From an uncultured Thermoleophilaceae bacterium (GTDB taxonomy: Bacteria; Actinomycetota; Thermoleophilia; Solirubrobacterales; Thermoleophilaceae): 64,000 nt of DNA. The position numbers were made by a program, and so were the translations under genes. A model generated the notes under the pieces. The model was not told the origin of the DNA. It saw only the letters and a program-made list of their open reading frames with translations, and made no database searches. Positions within the stretch are counted from its first letter, which is position 1. Each line of letters opens with the position of its first letter. Positions 31,362 through 41,256 of the stretch are shown one piece after another. The stretch lies in NCBI GenBank assembly GCA_963759625.1, contig CAVXAD010000003.1, positions 53 to 64,052 of the forward strand, written 5' to 3'.

Positions 31362-31381
31362 CCGGGGGCTCGCGCCCCCGG
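31362..31381. terminator. GC hairpin between convergent genes (terminator-like)
   Basis: CCGGGGG-CTCGCG-CCCCCGG, 7 nt after the stop at 31355. A related copy of AGCCGGGGCTCGCGCCC lies at 31412-31429. No clear T-tract. Confidence 0.4.
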
Positions 31382-31513
31382 ACCCCCGTCATCTCCTGGC
31401 AGGTTTGATGGCAGCCGGGGCTCGCGCCCGACCCCTCGGGACGCAGCGACGTCTCACCCCGCCGCAGTAGACGTCCGCACAAGCTGCCTGCGCCGGCTGC
31501 GCACCGACGCATC

Positions 31514-32498
31514 CTACGCATACCGCTCCACCACGCGGTCGGCCACGAGCCGCAGCGCCTGCTCGCGATCCTCTGGCAGTCCGAGGCCCTCGAGCCGGCC
31601 CTTCGCCGCGGCCACGTGCCGGAGCGCCAGCGGCGCGAGCCTCCTCCAGCGCGCCCGTGGCGGCGATGCGCTCGCACAGCGCCTCGGCGCGCGCGGCGTC
31701 CGTGGCCACCGCACGCAGGTCCAGCCGGCGCAGCTCGGGATCGCGGCGACGGGCCAGGATCAGCGGCAGGGTGACGGTGCCGTCCAGCAGGTCGGTGCCG
31801 CGCGGCTTGCCCGTCCGCTCGGCGGGACCCGAGACGTCGAGCACGTCGTCGAGCAGCTGGAACGCCAGGCCGATCCCCTCGCCGAAGGCGCCCAGCGCGT
31901 CGGCATGCTCGGGCGCCCCGCCGAAGAGCGCCCCGAGCCGGCAGCAGGCGTCGAAGAGGCTGGCGGTCTTGAGGCGGCAGCGCTCGAGGTAGCGGTCCGC
32001 GGCCACATCCGCCATCCACGCGTCCGCCCGCTGCATCAGCTCGCCGCGCGCGAGCGCGGAGGAGGCGCTCGAGAGCCGGGTCACCGCCTCCTCGCTACCG
32101 GTTCCGGCCAGCTCGGCGAACGCCCGCGAGAAGAGCAGGTCGCCGGAGGCGGTGGCGGCCAGCCGCCCGCCCGACGCGAACACCGTGGGGCGCCCGCGCC
32201 GCAGCGGCGCCCGGTCCAGCACGTCGTCGTGTACGAGCGTGGCCATGTGCAGCAGCTCCACGGCCACGGCGGCTGCCACGAGGCGGTCGTCGGAGTCGTC
32301 CGCCGCCGTCAGGAACACCAGCATCGGGCGGAGGCGCTTGCCGCCCGCGGCGAGCGTGTCCCCCGCGTGGCGCTCCAGCTCCGGCCCGTGCCCCCGGACG
32401 ACCTCGCACAGGCGCTCTTCGGTCCGCTCGAGGGCCGCTTCCAGCCGCGGACCGCCGGCCGCGATCACGGCCCCGAGCTGTGCCGGCGCGGCCGTCAC
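31514..32498 (-). CDS. polyprenyl diphosphate synthase (trans-IPPS), frame broken near 31640
   Basis: FARM LVHDDVLD and SARM FQLLDDVLD in the long ORF. The C-terminus LAPLALRHVAAAKGRLEGL...LVADRVVERYA lies in ORF 31514..31714. GTGA overlap with the menG stop. 985 nt = 3n+1. Confidence 0.85.
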
Positions 32499-33185
32499 GC
32501 GCGGGTGCCGCCGTGCAGCGCGATGATGCCGCCGGCGGTGAGCACCCAGCGGACGTCCGTCAGCCCCGCCGCCACCAGCTCCGCCGCCAGCGCCTCGGGG
32601 CCGGGGAAGCGTCGCACCGAGCTGGGCAGGTACGAGTAGGCGGCGGGGTCGCCGGCGAGCCGTCCCAAGCGGGGCACCGCCTGGTCGAACCAGAACCGGA
32701 AGAACCACGACAGCGGCGGCTTCTGGGGAGTCGTGATCTCGAGCACGACCACGCGGCCGCCCGGGCGCGTGACGCGCGCCATCTCGGCAAGCCCGCGCGG
32801 CAGGTCGTCGAAGTTGCGCGCCCCGAACCCCACGGTCACGGCGTCGAACTCGCCGTCGCCGTAGGGGAGCGCGAGGGCGTTCCCCGCCTCGAAGCGCACG
32901 TCCGGAGCCTTGGCTCGCGCCAGCTCGAGCATGCGCTCGGAGAAGTCGAGCCCGACCACCTCCGCGCCCCGCGCGCGCAGCGCCACGGCGAGGTCGCCCG
33001 TGCCCGTGGCCACGTCGAGCGCGCGCGATCCCGGGCCCGACCCTGGCCAGGTCGGCGGCGCGCTCGCGCCAGCGATGGTGCATCCCCGCCGTCATGAGGC
33101 CGTTCATCCGGTCGTACACGCCGGCGATCCGGTCGAACATCGCGCGCACCTGCGTCTCGGGGAGCGTCCCGGACGCCGTGCTCAT
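32495..33185 (-). CDS. menG: demethylmenaquinone/ubiquinone methyltransferase, frame broken near 33028
   Basis: N-terminus MSTASGTLPETQVRAMFDRIAGVYDRMN lies in ORF 31389..33233. The SAM motif LDVATGTGD and the remainder lie in ORF 32495..33013. AGGAG lies 10 nt upstream of the ATG. 691 nt = 3n+1. Confidence 0.85.
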
Positions 33186-33198
33186 CGCCGGGCGGCTC

Positions 33199-33918
33199 CT
33201 ACTTGTCGCCCTGAGCGACGCGACGTACTGCACGAGCTTGTTGAACTGCTCCGGGTTGGTCTTGCGGTAGTTGCGCGTAGGACGGCATCGGCGCAGTGGG
33301 GTTCTGCAGCGTCCGCGCGATCGCGTCTTGTCCCAGGCGGTCGCCGATCGTCGGTGAGGTTCGGCCCGAGCGTGTTGCCGTTCTCGCCGATCTTGTGGCA
33401 GCCGAGACAGCCGGCAGAGGCGGTGATCTCCTTCCCCTGCTCGTATTGCGGCGAGGTGGCGAGCTCGATCTCCGTCGGGCGACCCCGCCAGTCGCCCCCA
33501 GCACGCTGAGGTAGACCATCGCAGCGATGGTCGCGATCCCGGCCGTCGTGGCGATCGGCCGCCGCAGCGGGTGCCGCTCCGGGCCGCGGTCGTAGAACGG
33601 CAGCAGCAGCAGGAGCATCAGGCAGATCGTCGGGATGCCGATCGTCGCCATGAACACGAGCGCCGGCGGCTTGACCACGCGCAGCAGCTCGAAGAGGAAG
33701 AAGAAGTACCACTCGGGACGCGGGGTGTAGGTGGTCGTCGTCGGGTCCGCCTTGGGCCCGAGCTCGGCGCCGAAGAGCACCGCCATCAGGATGATCACGC
33801 CGATGGTGATCGTGGCCATCATCCCGTCCTTCGCGATCGCGTACGGGAAGAACGGCTTGCCCTGGCCCTTCAGGACCGAGTACTCGCGGAGGTACTCCTC
33901 CTTCTGACGGGCGTCCAC
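33199..33918 (-). CDS. qcrC: menaquinol-cytochrome c reductase subunit IV / cytochrome c fusion (Bacillus QcrC type), several frame changes in the last third
   Basis: The N-terminal part has the subunit IV signature RPEWYFFFLFELL. The heme motif CLGCHKIGENGNTLGPNLT lies in a second frame (33353-33500), MPSY back in the first, and NYRKTNPEQFNKLVQYVASL in a third. Stop TAG 33199-33201. Confidence 0.8.
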   Translation of the reverse strand: MDARQKEEYLREYSVLKGQGKPFFPYAIAKDGMMATITIGVIILMAVLFGAELGPKADPTTTTYTPRPEWYFFFLFELLRVVKPPALVFMATIGIPTICLMLLLLLPFYDRGPERHPLRRPIATTAGIATIAAMVYLSVLGATGGVARRRSSSPPRRNTSRGRRSPPLPAVSAATRSARTATRSGRTSPTIGDRLGQDAIARTLQNPTAPMPSYAQLPQDQPGAVQQARAVRRVAQGDK

Positions 33919-33919
33919 G

Positions 33920-34612
33920 TCAGAGCTCCTCGGAGAGGAGGTCCTTCTTCTCCGCCTTGACCCACGGCGGCGCGGTGGTGCCCAGCTTGGCCACCAGATA
34001 CAGGTGCGCCCCGATCAGCGCCACGATCAGGCCGGGCACGGCCAGCATGTGCAGCGCGTAGAAGCGGCTGATCGTGGTGGGGCCGAACTCGGCGCCGGCG
34101 CGCAGGAAGTCCGCGAGGTAGGGCCCGACGATCGGTCCCGAGGAGTTGAGGTTCACCGCCACCACCGTCGCCCAGAAGGAGCGCTGGTCGAACGGGAGCA
34201 GGTAGCCCGTGAGGCCCATCATCAGCGTCAGCACGAGCAGGACCACCCCGATGACCCAGTTCAGCTCCCGCGGGTACTTGTAGGCGCCGAAGAAGAAGGT
34301 CCGGCCCATGTGGAGGAAGATGAGGACGATCATCACCGTCGCGCCCCACTTGTGCATGCCGCGCACGAGCTCCCCGAGGAAGACGTCGTTGGTGATGTGG
34401 GAGGTCGACGAGTAGGCGCGCGACACGGAGTCCGGCTCGTAGTACATCGCCAGGAAGACGCCCGTCACGGCCTGCGAGAGGAAGGCGAACATCGTGGCCG
34501 AGCCGAGCGTGTAGAACCAGTTGGTCCCCTTCGGGGTCTTTCGGTAGAGAAAGCCCCGGAGGAAGGGGCTGAGACCGCTGCGCTCGTCGAGCCAGCCGAC
34601 GACGCCGGCCAC
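33920..34612 (-). CDS. qcrB: cytochrome b6-type subunit of menaquinol-cytochrome c reductase
   Basis: FYTLGSATMFAFLSQAVTGVFLAMYY, RGMHKWGATVMIVLIFLHM, LTGYLLPFDQRS.WA, FYALHMLAVP. 230 aa from GTG 34612. An ATG at 34740 overlapping the qcrA stop (ATGA) suggests a longer N-terminus in shifted frames. Confidence 0.9.
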   Translation of the reverse strand: MAGVVGWLDERSGLSPFLRGFLYRKTPKGTNWFYTLGSATMFAFLSQAVTGVFLAMYYEPDSVSRAYSSTSHITNDVFLGELVRGMHKWGATVMIVLIFLHMGRTFFFGAYKYPRELNWVIGVVLLVLTLMMGLTGYLLPFDQRSFWATVVAVNLNSSGPIVGPYLADFLRAGAEFGPTTISRFYALHMLAVPGLIVALIGAHLYLVAKLGTTAPPWVKAEKKDLLSEEL

Positions 34613-34736
34613 GCCCTCGACCGCCTGGTCCTTGGGCGTGGGCTTCGTGGCCGGGCCCGCCGTTCGCGCCGTTGCCGTTGCCGCCCGGCCGCGGGGGCGA
34701 CGGGCGCAGGAACTTGGGGAGTCGGCGCGGGAAGCT

Positions 34737-35396
34737 TCATGTGGTCGGCCTCGATGGGTAGAGGTACTGCCAGAGCCCGTCCAGGTGGTTGGACGGGTCG
34801 CGCGGCGAGAAGCGCTCGAGCTCGGAGTTCAACGAGAAGCGGTCGCCCAGCTCCACCCGGCCCTCGCGCACGCGCGTGTAGAAACGGTCGAGCGGGCGCA
34901 CCGGCGGCCCGCCTACGACCCTGCCCTCGAAGTCGTAGACCCCGCCGTGGCAAGGACAGACGAACTTCTTCGACGCCTGGATGTAGCGAACGGGACAGCC
35001 AAGGTGGGCGCAGCGCGTGGAGATCGCGACGTAGGGCTGGTCCTCGTTGCGAGCGCTGTCGCGGGACGGATTGAAGCGGCGCACGTAAACGGTGGTCTTG
35101 CCCGGATCGCCGATGTCGGCGACGATGTTGATCACCCGCTGAACATAGGTCTGCTCGTTGAAGTCCGCCTCGGGGCCGACGGACTGCCAGTTCTCCCGCG
35201 AGGTGTCCTCCAGCATCGGGCCGATCGCGAAGCCGAGCGCCGGGAGGGTGAACGCCGCCGTGGCGATGCCGCCCGCCGCGAGCGCGGTGCCCTCCATGAA
35301 GCGCCGCCTGGTGACCGTCTCGCCCTCGAAGGCGCCGGCGATGCCGCGGCCCTCGGTGTAGCGGGACTGCTTGTCTAGCTTGGGAGGGTCGGCCAC
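34737..35396 (-). CDS. qcrA: Rieske 2Fe-2S subunit of menaquinol-cytochrome c reductase
   Basis: Tat-type TRRRFMEG signal/anchor. CAHLGCP ... CPCHGG cluster ligands. Confidence 0.9.
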   Translation of the reverse strand: MADPPKLDKQSRYTEGRGIAGAFEGETVTRRRFMEGTALAAGGIATAAFTLPALGFAIGPMLEDTSRENWQSVGPEADFNEQTYVQRVINIVADIGDPGKTTVYVRRFNPSRDSARNEDQPYVAISTRCAHLGCPVRYIQASKKFVCPCHGGVYDFEGRVVGGPPVRPLDRFYTRVREGRVELGDRFSLNSELERFSPRDPSNHLDGLWQYLYPSRPTT

Positions 35397-35479
35397 GTTG
35401 CTCGGTTCTATCGCCCCAGGAAGATTAATGCCAACTTGGTGGCGGACGGCACGTTTGGCGTCGGGCCGCTGGGAGCCGT

Positions 35480-35904
35480 CTAGGGGGTCGGCAGCCTATC
35501 GCGGGCCCAGGCGCGGGCGCCCGGTCCCCCGGCCGCCGACAGGGCCTGGGCGGTCGCGTCCCAGAGGCCCTCCGCGAGCTCGCCGCGGCCCGACGCGTGC
35601 GCCTGGGCGGACAGTGAGATCAGGTCGGAGAGCTCGGCCACGGCCGCCACGTCGCCGGCCCCCGCCAGCCGGGCGAGCCCCAGCGCGTACAGGGCATCCC
35701 CTGCGAGCAGCCGCAGGTCGTCGTCCATCCCGTCGAACGCCCGCGAGGTCCCGTAGTGCATCAGGTAGCCCTCATAGACCGCCTCGAGCACGAACTGGCG
35801 CGCGCGGTCCTCCACCGCGCCGGCGAAGCGCTCGCCCCGGGGATCGGCCACCGCGTGCGCCGCGAGCGCCGGCCCCGCGGCCTCCACCACCTCCGCCAGG
35901 ATGC

Positions 35905-35908
<4 letters not shown>
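35480..35908 (-). CDS. hypothetical protein translationally coupled to hemL
   Basis: GTG 35908 overlaps the hemL stop (GTGA). 142 aa. YLMHYG...DDDLRLLAGDALYALGLARLA is faintly reminiscent of the region around the first Asp-rich motif of polyprenyl synthases. Confidence 0.4.
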
Positions 35909-37206
<1,298 letters not shown>

Positions 37207-37233
37207 GCGCGCCCCCAGCCGCGGGGGGCCGGT

Positions 37234-38301
37234 TCAGGAGTGCTCGGCCTCCCACCTGCGGTGATCGTCGGTGAAGTAGAGCAGCCGGACCTTCTTGAAC
37301 TCGGTGGAGGAGTAGAGCGTGCTCCGTTCCTCGATCCCGGTGGACTCGGCGATCGAGTCGAGGATGGCGTCGCACTCCTCCTTCGAGCGCCCGTGGGCCA
37401 TCGTGAACACGGAGTAGGGCCAGTCGGCGTAGGTCGGGCGCTGGTAGCAGTGCGAGATGCCGCGGAAGGCGGCCATGCGCGGCCCCAGCTCGAGAATGCG
37501 CTCGTCCGGCACGCGCCATACGCCCATGCCGTTGGCCGAGAAGCCTGCGCGGCGGTGGAAGAGAATCGCCGCCACCCGGCGCAGCGCCCGGCGCTCCTTC
37601 ATCGACTCCAGGTGCTCGAGCAGGCGCTGCTGGCCGATGCCGAGCGCCGCGGCGGCCGGGGCGTACGGCTCCGGCGTGACCGGCAGGTCGCCCTGGAGCG
37701 TGCGGATAACCGCCATGTCGAGCTCGGACAGCTCGATCGCCTCCGGCTCCTCGAAGTCCTCGGCCACGCCGGCGCTCGCCAGCGCCTCGGTGCCTCCCTC
37801 CATCTCCAGGTCCATGCGGATCTTGAAGAGCCGGATGGTGGGCAGCTCGCGCACCGAGTCGGCGCCGGTGAGGCGCTGGAGCACCTCGAGCGTGCCCTCC
37901 AGGCCGAGCCGCGAGCCGGGCTCCACCGCGATCGTGAACCACATGTTGAAGTCGTGGTTGCGCAGGTAGTTGTGCGACACGCCCGGGTGCGAGTTCACGA
38001 TCCGCGCCGCGCGCCACGGGTGCTCGGGATCGACGCGGGCCGCCACGAGCATCGAGCGATAGCCCAGCACCCGCGTGTCGAAGATCGGCGTGAGCTGGCG
38101 GATGATGCGCTCGTCGAGCAGTCGCTGCGTGCGCTCCAGCACCACCGGCTCGGCAACCTCGGCGAGCTCCGCCACCCGCGCGAACGGGCGCGGTTCGAGC
38201 GGGAAGCTCCCCTGGAGCAGGTTGAGCAGCTTGCGGTCGAGCGCATCGAGCGGGACCGCCGAGCCGTCCTTGCGGCTGCGGACCTTGGCTACCGAAGCCA
38301 C
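37234..38301 (-). CDS. fused AhbA/AhbB (NirD/L/G/H)-like siroheme decarboxylase family protein
   Basis: Two tandem Lrp/AsnC-like modules: LDALDRKLLNLLQG.FPL..RPF...HPGVSHNYLRNHDFNMWFT, and LSELDMAVIRTLQGDLPV...ISHCYQRPTYADWPYSVFTMAHG. GTG 38301 overlaps the hemB 3' end by 13 nt. Confidence 0.7.
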   Translation of the reverse strand: MASVAKVRSRKDGSAVPLDALDRKLLNLLQGSFPLEPRPFARVAELAEVAEPVVLERTQRLLDERIIRQLTPIFDTRVLGYRSMLVAARVDPEHPWRAARIVNSHPGVSHNYLRNHDFNMWFTIAVEPGSRLGLEGTLEVLQRLTGADSVRELPTIRLFKIRMDLEMEGGTEALASAGVAEDFEEPEAIELSELDMAVIRTLQGDLPVTPEPYAPAAAALGIGQQRLLEHLESMKERRALRRVAAILFHRRAGFSANGMGVWRVPDERILELGPRMAAFRGISHCYQRPTYADWPYSVFTMAHGRSKEECDAILDSIAESTGIEERSTLYSSTEFKKVRLLYFTDDHRRWEAEHS

Positions 38302-39263
38302 GCGGCCGCGTCCTTGGCGTGGTAGGTCACGACGATGTCGGCGCCGGCGCGCCGGATTCCGGTGAGCGCCTCGAGCACCACCGAGCGCTCGTCCACGTAG
38401 CCGGCGGCCGCGGCCGCCTTGACGAGCGCGTACTCGCCGCTCACGTTGTAAGCGGCCACGGGCACCCGCGTGGCCTCCTTGACCCGCCGGATCACGTCCA
38501 GGTACGGGAGCGCGGGCTTGACCATGACCACGTCGGCGCCCTCTTCCACGTCGAGCAGCGCCTCGCGTACGGCCTCCTCGGCGTTCGCCGGATCCATCTG
38601 GTAGCTGCGCCTGTCGCCGAAGGCCGGCGCCGCATCGGCCGCCTCCCGGAACGGGCCGTAGAAGGCGGACGCGAACTTCGCCGAGTAGGCCACGATCGGC
38701 ACGTCCTTGTATCCCTCGGCGTCGAGCTGGGAGCGCAGCACGCCCACGCGGCCGTCCATCATGTCGCTGGGCGCCACGGCGTCGGCGCCCGCCGCGGCGT
38801 GTGACAGCGCGGTCTTGGCGAGGAGCTCGAGCGTCACGTCGTTGTCGATCGCCCCGTCGTCGGTCACCACGCCGCAGTGCCCATGCGAGGTGTACGAGCA
38901 GAGGCACACGTCGGTCATCACCACCAGCTCGGGATGGGCGTCCTTCAGCGCGCGGACCGCGAGCTGCACCACGCCCTCGTCGTCGTAGGCGCCGGAGCCC
39001 TGGAGATCCTTCCCGGCAGGCAGGCCGAACAGGAGCACCGCCGGGATGCCGAGCCCGTGCGCTTCGCCGGCCTCCTCCACCGCGTGGGAGATCGACAGCC
39101 GGTCGACTCCGGGCATCGCCTCCACCGGGGTGCGCTCGTCCTCTCCGAGCTGCACGAACAGGGGCAGGACGAGGTGTGCGGGGCTCAGCTCGGTCTCCCG
39201 GACCATGCCGCGCAGCACCCCGCTCTTGCGCAGACGCCGCATCCGGGTGGCGGGAAAGGCCAT
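38289..39263 (-). CDS. hemB: porphobilinogen synthase (Zn-type)
   Basis: RMRRLR, Cys-rich DVCLCSYTSHGHCG, SDMMDGR, YSAKFAS, VKPA. ATG 39263 inside track ORF 38289..39521. Confidence 0.95.
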   Translation of the reverse strand: MAFPATRMRRLRKSGVLRGMVRETELSPAHLVLPLFVQLGEDERTPVEAMPGVDRLSISHAVEEAGEAHGLGIPAVLLFGLPAGKDLQGSGAYDDEGVVQLAVRALKDAHPELVVMTDVCLCSYTSHGHCGVVTDDGAIDNDVTLELLAKTALSHAAAGADAVAPSDMMDGRVGVLRSQLDAEGYKDVPIVAYSAKFASAFYGPFREAADAAPAFGDRRSYQMDPANAEEAVREALLDVEEGADVVMVKPALPYLDVIRRVKEATRVPVAAYNVSGEYALVKAAAAAGYVDERSVVLEALTGIRRAGADIVVTYHAKDAAAWLR

Positions 39264-39318
39264 CGCGTGGAGTGTAAGGGCGGCCGTCTCCACGGCGGCC
39301 CGGCTTGGCAGAATCGCC

Positions 39319-40101
39319 ATGGTGAAGCTCCTCTTCGTCGGCGACGTCGTGGGTGGCCTTGGGCGGCGCACGCTCGCCTCCCTGCTGCCCGACCTGCGCA
39401 AGACCCACGAGCTCGACTTCGTGGTGGTGAACGGGGAGAACTCGGCAGGCGGCGTCGGGGTCACCGAGAAGACGGCGCGCGACCTGCTGGAGATGGGCGC
39501 TGACGCCATCACCCTCGGCAACCATGCGTACCGCCACCGCGAGGTCTACGGCTTTCTCGACCGCGAGGAGCGGATCGTGCGGCCGGCCAACTTCCCCAAG
39601 GGGAGCCCGGGCCGCGGTCACACGGTGGTCGAGTCGGGCGGGCAGCGGCTCGGCGTGATCAACCTCTCGGGTCAGCTGTACCTGGAGGCCGTGCGCTCGC
39701 CCTTCAGCGAGGCCGACGCGCTGCTCGCCGACCTGCGCGGAGCGACCGATCACGTGCTGGTGGACATGCACGCCGAGGCCACCAGCGAGAAGGTGGCGAT
39801 GGGCTGGTACCTCGACGGCCGCGTGACCGCCTGCGTGGGGACCCACACGCACGTGCCGACCGCCGATGCCCGGGTGCTGCCCGGGCGGACGGCCTACATC
39901 ACCGACGTGGGCATGACGGGCCCGCGCGGCGGCGTGATCGGCGTCAAGCGCGAGCAGGCGATCGAGCGGTTCCTGACGCTCACCCAGGTGCGCTTCGAGA
40001 CCTCGCGGGAGGACCCCTGGCTGAACGCGGTGCTAGTCGAGGCGGACGGCGAGGGCCGCGCGACGCGGATCGAGCAGCTGCTCCTGCCCGCGCGGCTCTA
40101 G
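39319..40101 (+). CDS. YmdB-like metallophosphoesterase (2',3'-cyclic-nucleotide 2'-phosphodiesterase family)
   Basis: MVKLLFVGDVVG, NGENSAGG.G, LGNH, DMHAEATSEK, GTHTHVPTAD. 260 aa. Confidence 0.85.
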   Translation: MVKLLFVGDVVGGLGRRTLASLLPDLRKTHELDFVVVNGENSAGGVGVTEKTARDLLEMGADAITLGNHAYRHREVYGFLDREERIVRPANFPKGSPGRGHTVVESGGQRLGVINLSGQLYLEAVRSPFSEADALLADLRGATDHVLVDMHAEATSEKVAMGWYLDGRVTACVGTHTHVPTADARVLPGRTAYITDVGMTGPRGGVIGVKREQAIERFLTLTQVRFETSREDPWLNAVLVEADGEGRATRIEQLLLPARL

Positions 40102-41256
40102 CGCAAGGGAGACGAGCGCGACGACGGCGAGCAGCGCCGCGTCGCGCAGGCAGACGATGGCGATGGGCAACGGGTGGCGGTCCACGAGCTCGACGTACAG
40201 GCCCGGAAACTCGATCTGGGTCAGCGCGGTGGCGAGCGCCACCGCCAGGGCAAGCGCAGGCATGCGCCAGGCGAAGGCAAGCGCGCCGAGCGGCACCGTC
40301 CAGACGAGGAACTGCGGGGACAGGACCCTGCCCAGGCACGCGAACGCCGCCACCGCGCCGAGCGACGCGAGGACCACGGCTCGCGGGTCGCCGGGCCGCG
40401 CGGCGGCCTGAAGGGCGAACAGCATCACCAGCGCCAGCAGGGCTGCGGCCAGGAAGCCGGCCACGGCGTCGGCGGCGGGGTGCGCCAGGCCGTCCGAGCG
40501 GTGGCCCTCGACCCGGCGCGCCTCGCCAAGGCCGATACCGTCCAACGCGTAGAGGAAGGCGGCCGCCGTGCTCTCCACCTGGACCGGTCGATCCACCTGG
40601 TAGCGGATCGAATCGCGGAAGCCCTCGGCGGAGATGGCGATCGCGATCGCGCTGATGACCGCGATCGTGCCCACCAGGGCGAGGCCGCCCTCGACCGCCA
40701 CCCGGCGGCCGTGGCGGACGGCGAGCCAGGCGAGCACGGGGGCGGCGGCCACGATCGGGAAGCCCTTGGTCATCGCCGCCAGTCCCAGCACGGTGAGGCC
40801 GAGCCGGGGCCGCTCCTCCACCACCAGGAGCAGCGCGACCAGGAGGAGCGCCATCGGCGCCAGGTCGAAGTGCGTGCGCAGCATGGCGCCACACAGCAGG
40901 GGCATCGCCGCGGACGCCAGAAGCGCCCGGCGCACACGGCCGCCCGTGCGCGCGGCCAGGGCGCCGCAGAGCACGACCACGGCGCCCGCGAGCAGGAGGG
41001 TCCAACCTGCGAATGCGAGCCGGAAGGCGTGGTCGCCGGTGCCGAGGAGGCCCGGGAGCGCGATCACCGGAGCCGCGAGCGGCGGGTACTCGAAGAACGC
41101 ATCCCGGTAGGGCAACTCGCCGTCGAGCACCGGCCGGGCAAAGGTGCGGTAGACGTAGAGATCGTTCACGCTGTCGTCCGAGAAGGGCGGCACCCACAGC
41201 GTGGCCGCCCACCCGAGTGCCAGCAGCGCGAGCGCGGGCGCGACCAGGCGCCTCAA
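40033..41256 (-). CDS. polytopic membrane protein, DUF2029/GT87-like glycosyltransferase (GT-C)
   Basis: TTG 41256 overlaps the upstream stop (TTGA). VNDLYVYRTFARPVLDGELPYRDAFFEYPPLA followed by ~10 TM helices. The 3' end overlaps the convergent ymdB-like gene by 69 nt. Confidence 0.55.
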   Translation of the reverse strand: MRRLVAPALALLALGWAATLWVPPFSDDSVNDLYVYRTFARPVLDGELPYRDAFFEYPPLAAPVIALPGLLGTGDHAFRLAFAGWTLLLAGAVVVLCGALAARTGGRVRRALLASAAMPLLCGAMLRTHFDLAPMALLLVALLLVVEERPRLGLTVLGLAAMTKGFPIVAAAPVLAWLAVRHGRRVAVEGGLALVGTIAVISAIAIAISAEGFRDSIRYQVDRPVQVESTAAAFLYALDGIGLGEARRVEGHRSDGLAHPAADAVAGFLAAALLALVMLFALQAAARPGDPRAVVLASLGAVAAFACLGRVLSPQFLVWTVPLGALAFAWRMPALALAVALATALTQIEFPGLYVELVDRHPLPIAIVCLRDAALLAVVALVSLALEPRGQEQLLDPRRAALAVRLD

